Notes under the pieces: generated by a model
What the model saw: only the letters and a program-made list of their open reading frames with translations
Databases searched by the model: none
What the model was told of the DNA's origin: nothing
Assembly: GCA_030539655.1 (NCBI GenBank)
Contig: JAUNXT010000002.1
Coordinates: forward strand, 372 to 64,371
Length of the DNA stretch: 64,000 bases
Reading direction: 5' to 3'
From: Methanocorpusculum sp.
Lineage (GTDB): Archaea > Halobacteriota > Methanomicrobia > Methanomicrobiales > Methanocorpusculaceae
Program-made: the position numbers and the translations under genes
Part shown: in pieces, positions 9,223 to 17,737 of the stretch
How the letters are laid out: each line of letters opens with the position of its first letter
How positions within the stretch are numbered: position 1 is the stretch's first letter

Positions 9223-10242
9223 ATGTTGCCGCAGTATACCGCATCAGACGAGGATATAAATAATTTTTTGAAAAAACGAATCGCCGTAATCGGCTATGGT
9301 TCACAGGGTTCCGCGCAGGCACTGAACCTTCGTGACAGCGGAGCAGATGTCATCATAGGAAACCGCCCGGGAAAAAGTTTTGACCGCGCAGAATCGGACG
9401 GATTTAAGGTCTGCAGTGTCAGGGACGCGGTAGCATCCGCGGATGTCATCGCTGTGATGCTTCCCGACGAAGCAGCAGCAGAGATTTATTCTGCAGATAT
9501 CGCGCCCTCTCTTCGCGCACACCAGACACTTCTTTTTGCACACGGATTTAATATTCACTACAAATTTATCACCCCTCCTGCAGATGTCGACGTGGTCATG
9601 GCAGCCCCCAAAGGCGTGGGGCCAATGGTAAGAAAACTCTTTCTTGACGGAGGAGGAGTTCCCTCTCTTGTCGCTGTCGCGCAGGATGCAACGGGCGCGG
9701 CACTTCATACCGCGCTTGGATATGCCGCACTTATCGGCTCCTCACGGTCTGCAATCCTGCAGTCGACATTTAAGGATGAAACGGAGACTGATCTCTTCGG
9801 GGAGCAGGCAGTTATCTGCGGAGGAATCCCCGCACTTATCGAGGCCGCGTTTGAAACACTGGTTGATGCAGGATACCCGCCTGAACTCGCCTACTCCGAG
9901 TGTGCGCATGAGGTAAAGCTCGTTGTTGATCTCATTTACGCAGGCGGTCTTTCCGCGATGCATGACTCAGTATCAAAGACCGCAGGCTACGGAGGGATTA
10001 CCCGCGGAAAACGTCTGGTATCGGCTGATACAAAGGCGGAGATGAAAAAGATACTCGGAGAGGTGCAGTCCGGAGCGTTTGCAGAAGAGTGGATTGCGGA
10101 AAAACGAAGGGGATCTCTGAATTACCGTAAACTGATCGAAGAGGCAAAAGAGTCACCTGTTGAAACTGCAGGCTGTGTATTCCGGAATATCCTTGAAACA
10201 GATGCCGGTCAGAAAAATTTTAAATCCGGAAAACAGAGTTAA
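9223..10242 (+). CDS. ilvC: Ketol-acid reductoisomerase
   Basis: IGYGSQG, FAHGFNI, APKG.G, ETETDLFGEQ. Confidence 0.95.
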   Translation: MLPQYTASDEDINNFLKKRIAVIGYGSQGSAQALNLRDSGADVIIGNRPGKSFDRAESDGFKVCSVRDAVASADVIAVMLPDEAAAEIYSADIAPSLRAHQTLLFAHGFNIHYKFITPPADVDVVMAAPKGVGPMVRKLFLDGGGVPSLVAVAQDATGAALHTALGYAALIGSSRSAILQSTFKDETETDLFGEQAVICGGIPALIEAAFETLVDAGYPPELAYSECAHEVKLVVDLIYAGGLSAMHDSVSKTAGYGGITRGKRLVSADTKAEMKKILGEVQSGAFAEEWIAEKRRGSLNYRKLIEEAKESPVETAGCVFRNILETDAGQKNFKSGKQS

Positions 10243-10251
10243 GGCAGTAAC

Positions 10252-11097
10252 ATGTCGCTGATGATTTTAGGGACGTCGTCCCATGTCGGAAAAAGCACTA
10301 TTGTAACCGGACTCTGCAGAATACTCTCGGACAAAGGACTCTCTGTCGCACCGTTTAAAGCGCAGAATATGAGCAGCAACAGCTGTATCCTGCAAAACGG
10401 TTGTGAGATTGCCCTCTCACAGGCAGTTCAGGCGGAGGCGGCGCGCGCAAAACCGTCTGAGCTGATGAACCCTGTTCTCTTAAAACCCGCAGGGAATAAC
10501 AAATCAGGGGTGATTCTACTCGGAAAACCGCATTCATTTGAAGATGTGTCCGCATACTACCAAAAAACAGATTATCTGCTGGATAAAGCGGTTGAAGCAT
10601 ACCAGGCCCTGGAGAAAACATATCAGACAATCGTGATCGAAGGCGCGGGAGGGGCAGCCGAGGTAAACCTCTATGAAAAGGATATTGCAAATATTCTTCC
10701 GGCACGCAGACTTCGGATTCCGATAATTCTTGTAGCAGACATCGAACGCGGCGGCGTGTTCGCACAGGTGTACGGTACTCTTCAGCTGCTCCCTGATGAT
10801 ATCAGACCGCTTGTTAAAGGAATTATTGTCAACAAATTCAGCGGAGACATTGAACTCTTCAATGACGGGAGGAAAATCCTTGAAGAACTGACAGGGATTC
10901 CGGTACTCGGGATTGTGCCGAGACTAAAACTCAATCTCCCGGAGGAGGACTCTCTGGCACCGGAAAACCCCGATGCAGTGATGTTGTCTGCAGCAGCTGA
11001 GGATGAGTATGACCGGCTTGCCGCAGCACTTGAAACGGTGCTCGATACAGACAAACTGATTGCCCTCGCGCTTGAAAAAAACGCAAATTCAGGTTAA
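10252..11097 (+). CDS. cobQ: Cobyric acid synthase lacking the glutaminase domain (281 aa)
   Basis: [33 protein letters not shown] and PEEDS, then almost directly the C-terminal YDRLA helix. Confidence 0.8.
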   Translation: MSLMILGTSSHVGKSTIVTGLCRILSDKGLSVAPFKAQNMSSNSCILQNGCEIALSQAVQAEAARAKPSELMNPVLLKPAGNNKSGVILLGKPHSFEDVSAYYQKTDYLLDKAVEAYQALEKTYQTIVIEGAGGAAEVNLYEKDIANILPARRLRIPIILVADIERGGVFAQVYGTLQLLPDDIRPLVKGIIVNKFSGDIELFNDGRKILEELTGIPVLGIVPRLKLNLPEEDSLAPENPDAVMLSAAAEDEYDRLAAALETVLDTDKLIALALEKNANSG

Positions 11098-11238
11098 AAT
11101 ACCAGCTGAAGGCTGAGGGGAGCAGACCAAAATCTTCATCCTTATCTTAACCCTATAGGTAAAAGAGAAATGTAAATACAGCCTTTCACCCCATCATCTC
11201 TACGAGGAAAGACAAAAAGTCAACCGAGGTGAATTTAC

Positions 11239-11334
11239 GTGACCTGTCACAAAAAAGAGGCTAAGCAGGCAAAAGAAGCTACAAAGAAAGAACAGCAGAC
11301 TGCACCTGCAAAGACCGGAAAGCCGAGTAAATAA
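11239..11334 (+). CDS. Candidate 31-aa Lys-rich small protein
   Basis: GAGGTGA RBS at 11226-11232; GTG start; MTCHKKEAKQAKEATKKEQQTAPAKTGKPSK*. Confidence 0.55.
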   Translation: MTCHKKEAKQAKEATKKEQQTAPAKTGKPSK

Positions 11335-11382
11335 TCAGCAGTCCTACTGATTGCGGGTATGATGTCACATCACCATACAGTC

Positions 11383-11420
11383 AGCGGAAAACAGGCATCA
11401 TCCGATGCCTGTTCTCTGCT
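11383..11420. terminator. Long hairpin between the small ORF and the convergent tRNA
   Basis: Perfect 10-bp stem AACAGGCATC-ATCC-GATGCCTGTT, extended by AGCGGA/TCTGCT. Confidence 0.45.
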
Positions 11421-11574
11421 CCGCGCACTTATCTTAAATTTCATCCAATACATCTCTTTTTCCGGCACACCGGAGACGTATCGGAAATGATACTGATACA
11501 CACCATGGTGTGCAGCAACGCAAATTCCAAGATATGGTAATTACAAAATATACTGAAAAACAATGATACAAAAG

Positions 11575-11648
11575 TGCTGCGCGAGGGATCCGAACCCCCG
11601 ACCTCGGGATTATGAGTCCCGCGCCCTAACCAGCTAGGCCAGCGCAGC
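11575..11648 (-). tRNA. tRNA-Met(CAT), probably elongator, intronless
   Basis: Cloverleaf with GCTGCGC/GCGCAGC acceptor, CGGGA-CTCATAA-TCCCG anticodon arm and GGGGG-TTCGGAT-CCCTC T arm; G1-C72 argues against initiator. Confidence 0.93.
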
Positions 11649-11725
11649 AAAACACATCTGAAAGACAAGTCTCACAGATTGCATATAATCAATGATGTTT
11701 GAAAATATATAGGTTGCGGAAAATC

Positions 11726-13228
11726 TCAGCGTTTTTCCGCAGCCTTCTTTGCCGCAAGCGCACTCATGTACGCTGAAACTGCGGCTGTTACAGCCACTGT
11801 TTTATCCTTTCCGGTCTTTAAGGAGAGTGCAAGCTGATGCATGCGTGTTTCGCTCTCACGCATATAGGCAGGGAGGGATTTCTGCACCGCAGGCTCTGAC
11901 AGGAAATGAGTGTGGGTATTTCCTGCAATGAAGTCCGGATTGTTCATTACCGCATAGTGAAGCGGGAGTGTCGTCTTGACCCCGAGGATGACGTACTCCA
12001 TCAGCGCGCGGCGCATACGGGCAATTGTTTCCTCGCGCGTCATGGCAGAAGCGCACAGTTTTGCAATCATCGAGTCATAGTGCGGCGGGATTGAATAGCC
12101 GTTGTGGATACTGCTGTCGATACGGATTCCGGGACCTCCGGGGGAACGGTAGTGCGTGATTTTTCCTGCATCCGACTGGAAGTCATTCATCGGATCTTCC
12201 GCATTGATACGGCACTCGATGGCATGCCCTCTGCAGGTAATCCCCTCCTGTCCGCAGGGAAGCGGTTCACCCGCTGCGACCATAATCTGCATCCGGACCA
12301 TATCCATTCCGGTAATCAGTTCGGTTATAGTGTGCTCCACCTGCAGTCTAGTGTTCATTTCCATGAAGTAGTACTTTCCGTTGTCATAGAGGAACTCGAC
12401 CGTTCCCGCATTTTCATATCCGCAGGTCTTTGCAACGGTGATAGCAGACTGCGTCATGCGTTCGCGAAGCTCAGGGGTCATAATGGGACACGGGGCTTCT
12501 TCGATAAGTTTCTGATGTCTTCTCTGAATCGAGCACTCACGCTCGAACATGTGGATGACATCTCCTTTCGAATCCGCAAAGACCTGCACCTCGATGTGCC
12601 GCGGTTTTGCAAGATACTTTTCGATAAAGACTGTGGAGTCACCGAATGCTGCTGCTGCAGTCCTGCTGGATTTGGCGATTGCCTCGTCGAGTTCAGCCTC
12701 ATTGTTTACAACCGTCATTCCGATACCGCCGCCGCCGGCAGACGCTTTTACGATAACCGGGTATCCGATAGACTCTGCAAACGCCTTTGCCTCATCGTGG
12801 TTCGTTGACTGTGTCCAGGGAAGAACAGGCACTCCTGCATCATGCATTGCCTGTTTTGATTCAAGCTTTGACCCCATCATCCGGATGGTCTTTTCCGATG
12901 GGCCGATATAGGCAAACCCTGCTTTTTTCACTGCACCGGAGAATTCAGGCTTTTCTGCAAGGAATCCGTATCCCGGGTGTATTGCATCCGCCCCCGCCAT
13001 CGCTGCCACCTCAAGGATTCTTTCCTGATTCAGATAGCTTTTTGTCGGATGCGCAGGACCGATTAAAAATGCCTCGTCCGCATACTTTACATGGAGGGCG
13101 CTTTCATCCGCTTCAGAGTAGACGGCAACGGTTTCAATTCCCATCTCACGGCAAGCACGCATGACGCGGATGGCAATTTCCCCGCGGTTTGCAATCAGAA
13201 CTTTATCGAAATAACGATCCTTTCTCAT
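11726..13228 (-). CDS. pycA: Pyruvate carboxylase subunit A (biotin carboxylase)
   Basis: [44 protein letters not shown]. Confidence 0.92.
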   Translation of the reverse strand: MRKDRYFDKVLIANRGEIAIRVMRACREMGIETVAVYSEADESALHVKYADEAFLIGPAHPTKSYLNQERILEVAAMAGADAIHPGYGFLAEKPEFSGAVKKAGFAYIGPSEKTIRMMGSKLESKQAMHDAGVPVLPWTQSTNHDEAKAFAESIGYPVIVKASAGGGGIGMTVVNNEAELDEAIAKSSRTAAAAFGDSTVFIEKYLAKPRHIEVQVFADSKGDVIHMFERECSIQRRHQKLIEEAPCPIMTPELRERMTQSAITVAKTCGYENAGTVEFLYDNGKYYFMEMNTRLQVEHTITELITGMDMVRMQIMVAAGEPLPCGQEGITCRGHAIECRINAEDPMNDFQSDAGKITHYRSPGGPGIRIDSSIHNGYSIPPHYDSMIAKLCASAMTREETIARMRRALMEYVILGVKTTLPLHYAVMNNPDFIAGNTHTHFLSEPAVQKSLPAYMRESETRMHQLALSLKTGKDKTVAVTAAVSAYMSALAAKKAAEKR

Positions 13229-14955
13229 TTCACCACCACAAGAACGTCACCGTTTGCAACGACAGCACCGTTCTCAACGAAAATCTCCGTAACCGTTCCG
13301 TCAACAGGACTTACAACCGGATTTTCCATCTTCATGGCTTCGATAACAAGAAGCGTATCTCCTGCGGAAACTTTCTGCCCTGCCTGCACCTTTATGTCAA
13401 GTACCATCCCCTGAATGCTGCTCTTGACGCCTCCTTCAACATCCCCTCTTGGACGAAGCGGTTTGTTCTCATCGACGCTTACAACGGACTCTCCTTCGAC
13501 AGAAAGAATCCTTACCGCATAGACTTCACCATCCACTTCCACTTCCATGGAGCGCGGAATATCATACTCGATTTCAGGTTCGGCTGCAGCAGGCTTTTCG
13601 ACCGGAATCTCTTCCGCTTTTGTTTCCCCTTTAAGGAATGCGGGGGCAATTGCCGGGTAGAGGATATAGGTTAGGACATCCTCTTCCTTTTTGATAAGGC
13701 CTTGTGCCACCGCATCCGCCTTCATTTTATCATAGACAGACTCCAGTGTATCCGCCGGACGGCAGGTGATGCGTTTTTCATCTCCGATGATGGATTTTAC
13801 AAATGCCGCATCCATCTCTTTCGGACTTCTTCCGTAGAGTCCTTTTAAGTAGTCGCGCACCTCGTTGGTGACCGTTCCGTATCTGGAACCAGTCAGAACA
13901 TTTAACACAGACTGAGTTCCCACAATCTGCGAGGTTGGGGTTACAAGCGGCGGAAAACCTAAGTCAGCACGAACCTTCGGAAGTTCTTCCAGGACTTCAT
14001 CAAAGCGGTCCAAGGCATTCTGTTCCTTTAACTGGGATACAAGATTTGAAATCATTCCGCCCGGAAGCTGGTAGACCAGCACATCCGAGTCGATTCTGAC
14101 AGATATCGGGTTTATAATCGGGTTGTATTTTGCGCGGACTTTTGCAGCTTCATTTTTCGCGATACGAAGAGTGGATAACGATATTTTTGTGTCGCGCGGA
14201 GCTCCTGCAAGAGAGGCAACGATAGATTCTGTTGCAGGCTGGCTTGTACCTCCGGCAAACGGGGACAATGCGGTATCAAGAATGTCCACACCCGCCTCAA
14301 TTGCCGCCTGATAACTCATCGGGGCAATCCCTGCAGTCGAGTGGGTGTGAAGACATACCGAGATATCCACACGCTCTTTAATGGCGGTTATCAGTTCACG
14401 CGCCGCCCCGGGCATGATAAGCCCTGCCATATCCTTGATACAGAGTGAATTGCAGCCTTTACTGTAGAGTTCTTCTGCAAAGGAGGCAAAACCGGCTATT
14501 GTGTGAACCGGGCTTGTGGTATATGATATTGTGCCCTGGAGATGGCAGCCGTTGTCTAAGACGGCCTTCATGGAAGACTCCATGTTCCGGATATCGTTTA
14601 ATGCATCAAAAATTCTGAAAACAGAAACTCCGTTTTTAGCAGCTGCTGCTACGAATGCTTTTACGACATCATCCGGATAGTGACGGTAGCCCACGAGATT
14701 CTGTCCGCGAAGAAGCATCTGTATCGGTGTCTTTACGAAAATCTCTTTCAGACTCCGCAGACGTTCCCAAGGGTCGTCATTGAGATAGCGGATGCAGGTA
14801 TCAAATGTAGCCCCGCCCCATGCTTCAACCGACCAGAACCCGGCTTTTTCCATCTCACGCGCGAGAGGGAGCATGTCTTCAGTCCTCATTCTCGTTGCTG
14901 CGAGTGACTGGTGCGCATCCCTGAGCGTCGTATCAGTAATTCTGAGTTGCGTCAT
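13225..14955 (-). CDS. pycB: Pyruvate carboxylase subunit B (carboxyltransferase plus biotin carrier)
   Basis: RDAHQSL, WGGATFD, IKDMAG, HTH metal motif, EAMKM biotinylation site. Confidence 0.92.
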   Translation of the reverse strand: MTQLRITDTTLRDAHQSLAATRMRTEDMLPLAREMEKAGFWSVEAWGGATFDTCIRYLNDDPWERLRSLKEIFVKTPIQMLLRGQNLVGYRHYPDDVVKAFVAAAAKNGVSVFRIFDALNDIRNMESSMKAVLDNGCHLQGTISYTTSPVHTIAGFASFAEELYSKGCNSLCIKDMAGLIMPGAARELITAIKERVDISVCLHTHSTAGIAPMSYQAAIEAGVDILDTALSPFAGGTSQPATESIVASLAGAPRDTKISLSTLRIAKNEAAKVRAKYNPIINPISVRIDSDVLVYQLPGGMISNLVSQLKEQNALDRFDEVLEELPKVRADLGFPPLVTPTSQIVGTQSVLNVLTGSRYGTVTNEVRDYLKGLYGRSPKEMDAAFVKSIIGDEKRITCRPADTLESVYDKMKADAVAQGLIKKEEDVLTYILYPAIAPAFLKGETKAEEIPVEKPAAAEPEIEYDIPRSMEVEVDGEVYAVRILSVEGESVVSVDENKPLRPRGDVEGGVKSSIQGMVLDIKVQAGQKVSAGDTLLVIEAMKMENPVVSPVDGTVTEIFVENGAVVANGDVLVVVK

Positions 14956-15045
14956 ATTATAACTCCTCGGTACCGTATTTGTAAATACTGTATTAGTTTA
15001 GGTTTTCAAAGGTAAAAAAGGAGACTATTGGAACTGGATGTATTA

Positions 15046-15759
15046 CTATGTTCGTTTCAACAGAATCCCCACAAAATTCAGGTATTTTCCTCCGCCGGCA
15101 TCAAACGCTTTTCTGTCCCCTTTTGCATACTCATTATCTTCCAAAAGCCAGTCCTCCCAGACTTCTGTGTTTGATTCCATGACAAAAACCAAGAGGTTCG
15201 TTATCCCGCCTGTTTTTGAGATTAGGTTTTTCCAGTAGTCCACATCATGGATGTAATCGAGTTGTTCGGGCGTCCATGCAGCAAGGAGTGCTTCAGGGAG
15301 GTTGTCATGGCAGTCCTTTTTCATTCCGGGAACACAGATTAAAACCTGACCGCCGTGTTTTACAAACGGAAGCAGGTGCTTTTCCAGATAGTCAGGATCA
15401 CGTCCGAAGTAGTTGTATGAGTCGGTGCAGACAACCGCATCAAATGTCTCCTCTTCAAACGGCAGGTCGGCTGCATCGGCTTTTACCGCCTGAATCTGTT
15501 TATCAGTCAGGCCGCATGATGCAAAAAAAGCGGTGTTCTCCGCAGGGTCGCTCCAGAGGTCTGCCGCAGTGACATGTAACCCGTATTCTTTTGCAAGAAA
15601 GACCGAGGTGACTCCCTGACCTGATCCGAGGTCAAGAACGCGGGAACCTTTCGGGATTTCAGCAACTGTGAGCAGTTCCTCGGTGAGTTTTACCGGATTT
15701 GGGCCCATTATTTTTCCTTTGGTGAGTTTCTCATATGATTTGCTTTTCGGATAGTCCAT
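15046..15759 (-). CDS. Class I SAM-dependent methyltransferase
   Basis: MGPNP, VLDLGSGQG, AADLW, LPFEEETFDAV; start trimmed to MDYPK. Confidence 0.85.
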   Translation of the reverse strand: MDYPKSKSYEKLTKGKIMGPNPVKLTEELLTVAEIPKGSRVLDLGSGQGVTSVFLAKEYGLHVTAADLWSDPAENTAFFASCGLTDKQIQAVKADAADLPFEEETFDAVVCTDSYNYFGRDPDYLEKHLLPFVKHGGQVLICVPGMKKDCHDNLPEALLAAWTPEQLDYIHDVDYWKNLISKTGGITNLLVFVMESNTEVWEDWLLEDNEYAKGDRKAFDAGGGKYLNFVGILLKRT

Positions 15760-15808
15760 GATATCGTATTTCCTGAACGTACAGATGTGAAAAAGAGATG
15801 TGTGTTTT

Positions 15809-16399
15809 CTACCGTTTCCAGAACGGTTTTTCTGCCTGTGTCTGCAGGAATTTTTCAAGCTCTGCAACCTGATCCCAGAGGGTGTGCATCTCCGCTTTCA
15901 GCGCGACGATGTCTGCAGAAACCGATGACACCGCATCCAGAATCTTTTTCAGATTATCTTCCCCTGCATCGCGGACCGCGGAGGAACGCTGGTCTATTGC
16001 AGCAATCTTCTGCTCAAGGGATTTGACTGCAAGCAGCAGCGCCTCTTCAGTCTCGGTTTTCGGCCTGTCTACCGGAATCTGGGAGTTCAGCGGTTTTTTC
16101 GGCTTTTGCTCTGCAGGTTTGTTTTCGATACCGAAACGTTTCATATCATCTGCAGCACGCTCCTCCAGGGATTTCCCCCCGCGGATAGCAGGGATGATAA
16201 CCTCCCTGCAGCAGCCCTGATTCTGCAGGTCGGCAATTTTCCGGAAGCGGTCAACTGCAGCTTCCTCGTAGACAGTGACCCTCCCTATTTTCTTTCCCGG
16301 GAGGATTTCCTCAAAATCTTTGGCAATCTGACGGCAGATGTCTTCGGAGACGCCTGTTATCTCTGCTATTTCTGTTATCTTTTTCGGAGAATCAGACAT
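15809..16399 (-). CDS. MerR-like HTH plus coiled-coil protein with C-terminal KPFWKR
   Basis: ITEIAEITGVS..CR HTH, GRVTVY wing, heptad-rich C-terminal half. Confidence 0.7.
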   Translation of the reverse strand: MSDSPKKITEIAEITGVSEDICRQIAKDFEEILPGKKIGRVTVYEEAAVDRFRKIADLQNQGCCREVIIPAIRGGKSLEERAADDMKRFGIENKPAEQKPKKPLNSQIPVDRPKTETEEALLLAVKSLEQKIAAIDQRSSAVRDAGEDNLKKILDAVSSVSADIVALKAEMHTLWDQVAELEKFLQTQAEKPFWKR

Positions 16400-16456
16400 G
16401 ATGCTATATTATTTGCCGCGAAAGATAATAAAAGGTGAGTTTACATTACGCTTCCG

Positions 16457-17737
16457 TTACGCTTCCTTTTTCATCCGTGCCGCATTTGCAAGCATCAGTT
16501 TGATTCTGTTCTCCTGATTAATCTTTGTAGCCCCGGGATCGTAATCGATGGCTACAATGTTGGAATTCGGATAGTCATCTTTGATCTTTCGCATCATTCC
16601 CTTTCCTGCGACATGGTTTGGCAGGCACCCGAACGGCTGCGTACAGACGATATTGTTTGTGCCGGAATGAATCAGCTCAAGCATCTCCGCGGTAAGAAGC
16701 CATCCCTCACCCATCTTGTTTCCGCAGCCGAGATATCCTTTAACCACTTCCTGGAGGTCGGCGAAGTGACACGGTGCACGGAACGTCCCGTCACTTTCAA
16801 GTACCTCAATCATGATGTCCTGGCATTTGCAGATAAACCACTGATAACACCACATCGCAGCCTTTTTGATGCGGCTTCCGCCGTAGAGATCAACATCAAC
16901 ATACCGGTTGTTTCCCTTAAAGAGCAGGAAGTCGGTAACTCCGGGGACTACTACCTCTGCCCCTTCCTTTGAGAGGAACGCCTCCAGATTGTTGTTTCCA
17001 AACGGAGAGTACTTTACATAAATTTCCCCGACAACACCGACTTTTGGCTTTTCCACGGACCGATTGCACTCAATCGTTTTAAAGTCTTCAACAATCTCTT
17101 CCATCAGCTTCCGCATTGGTTTAAACCAGACCGCTTTTCCTTTTGAAAAGAGGTCGATGATTTTGTCAGTCCAGCGGTTAATCATCGCATCAGTGTCACC
17201 TTTATGTACCTCGTACGGTCTGCACTGGTTTCCGATGTTTACGAGCAGATCCCCGTACATCATCGCAAACACGGCTTTGATGGCAAGTTTCGGAGTTACC
17301 TTAAAACCGGGCTGCCGGTCAAGGCTGCTTAAGTTTAGAGAGATGACCGGTACATACTCAAGACCTGCACGCTTGAGTGCCTTGCGTAAAAGATAGAGAT
17401 AGTTTGAGGCACGGCACCCGCCTCCGGATTGTGTAATCATCAAAGCAACCTTGTGCCTGTCATACCTTCCTGATTCGACCGCTTCGACCAGCTGCCCGAT
17501 GGAAAGAATTGCAGGATAGCACATATCATTGTGGACATATTTGAGTCCGGTTTCAACGACCTTCCTGTCCTGATTTGTCAGAAGCTCAATACTGTGATAC
17601 CCGCCTTCAAACATCATGAGCTTGATGAGCATATTTGCGGTGACCGGAAGAATCTCTGGCGCCAGTATCGTATACTCCTTTGCCATCTCTTTGGTAAAGA
17701 GCAGGCGTCCTGTTTTGTCATAGACCAGTTCTGCCAT
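16457..17737 (-). CDS. 2-hydroxyacyl-CoA dehydratase-like protein
   Basis: DMCYPA, GGGCRASNY, VVGEIYV, GEGWLL, QPFGCLPNH. Confidence 0.85.
   Translation of the reverse strand: MAELVYDKTGRLLFTKEMAKEYTILAPEILPVTANMLIKLMMFEGGYHSIELLTNQDRKVVETGLKYVHNDMCYPAILSIGQLVEAVESGRYDRHKVALMITQSGGGCRASNYLYLLRKALKRAGLEYVPVISLNLSSLDRQPGFKVTPKLAIKAVFAMMYGDLLVNIGNQCRPYEVHKGDTDAMINRWTDKIIDLFSKGKAVWFKPMRKLMEEIVEDFKTIECNRSVEKPKVGVVGEIYVKYSPFGNNNLEAFLSKEGAEVVVPGVTDFLLFKGNNRYVDVDLYGGSRIKKAAMWCYQWFICKCQDIMIEVLESDGTFRAPCHFADLQEVVKGYLGCGNKMGEGWLLTAEMLELIHSGTNNIVCTQPFGCLPNHVAGKGMMRKIKDDYPNSNIVAIDYDPGATKINQENRIKLMLANAARMKKEA

Noticed and set aside
11575-11648. tRNA T-loop TTCGGAT (G58) as a pseudo-tRNA or integration site
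   Set aside because: All stems pair well, I recall G58 in other euryarchaeal elongator Met tRNAs (unverified here), and I found no duplicated 3' end or integrase.
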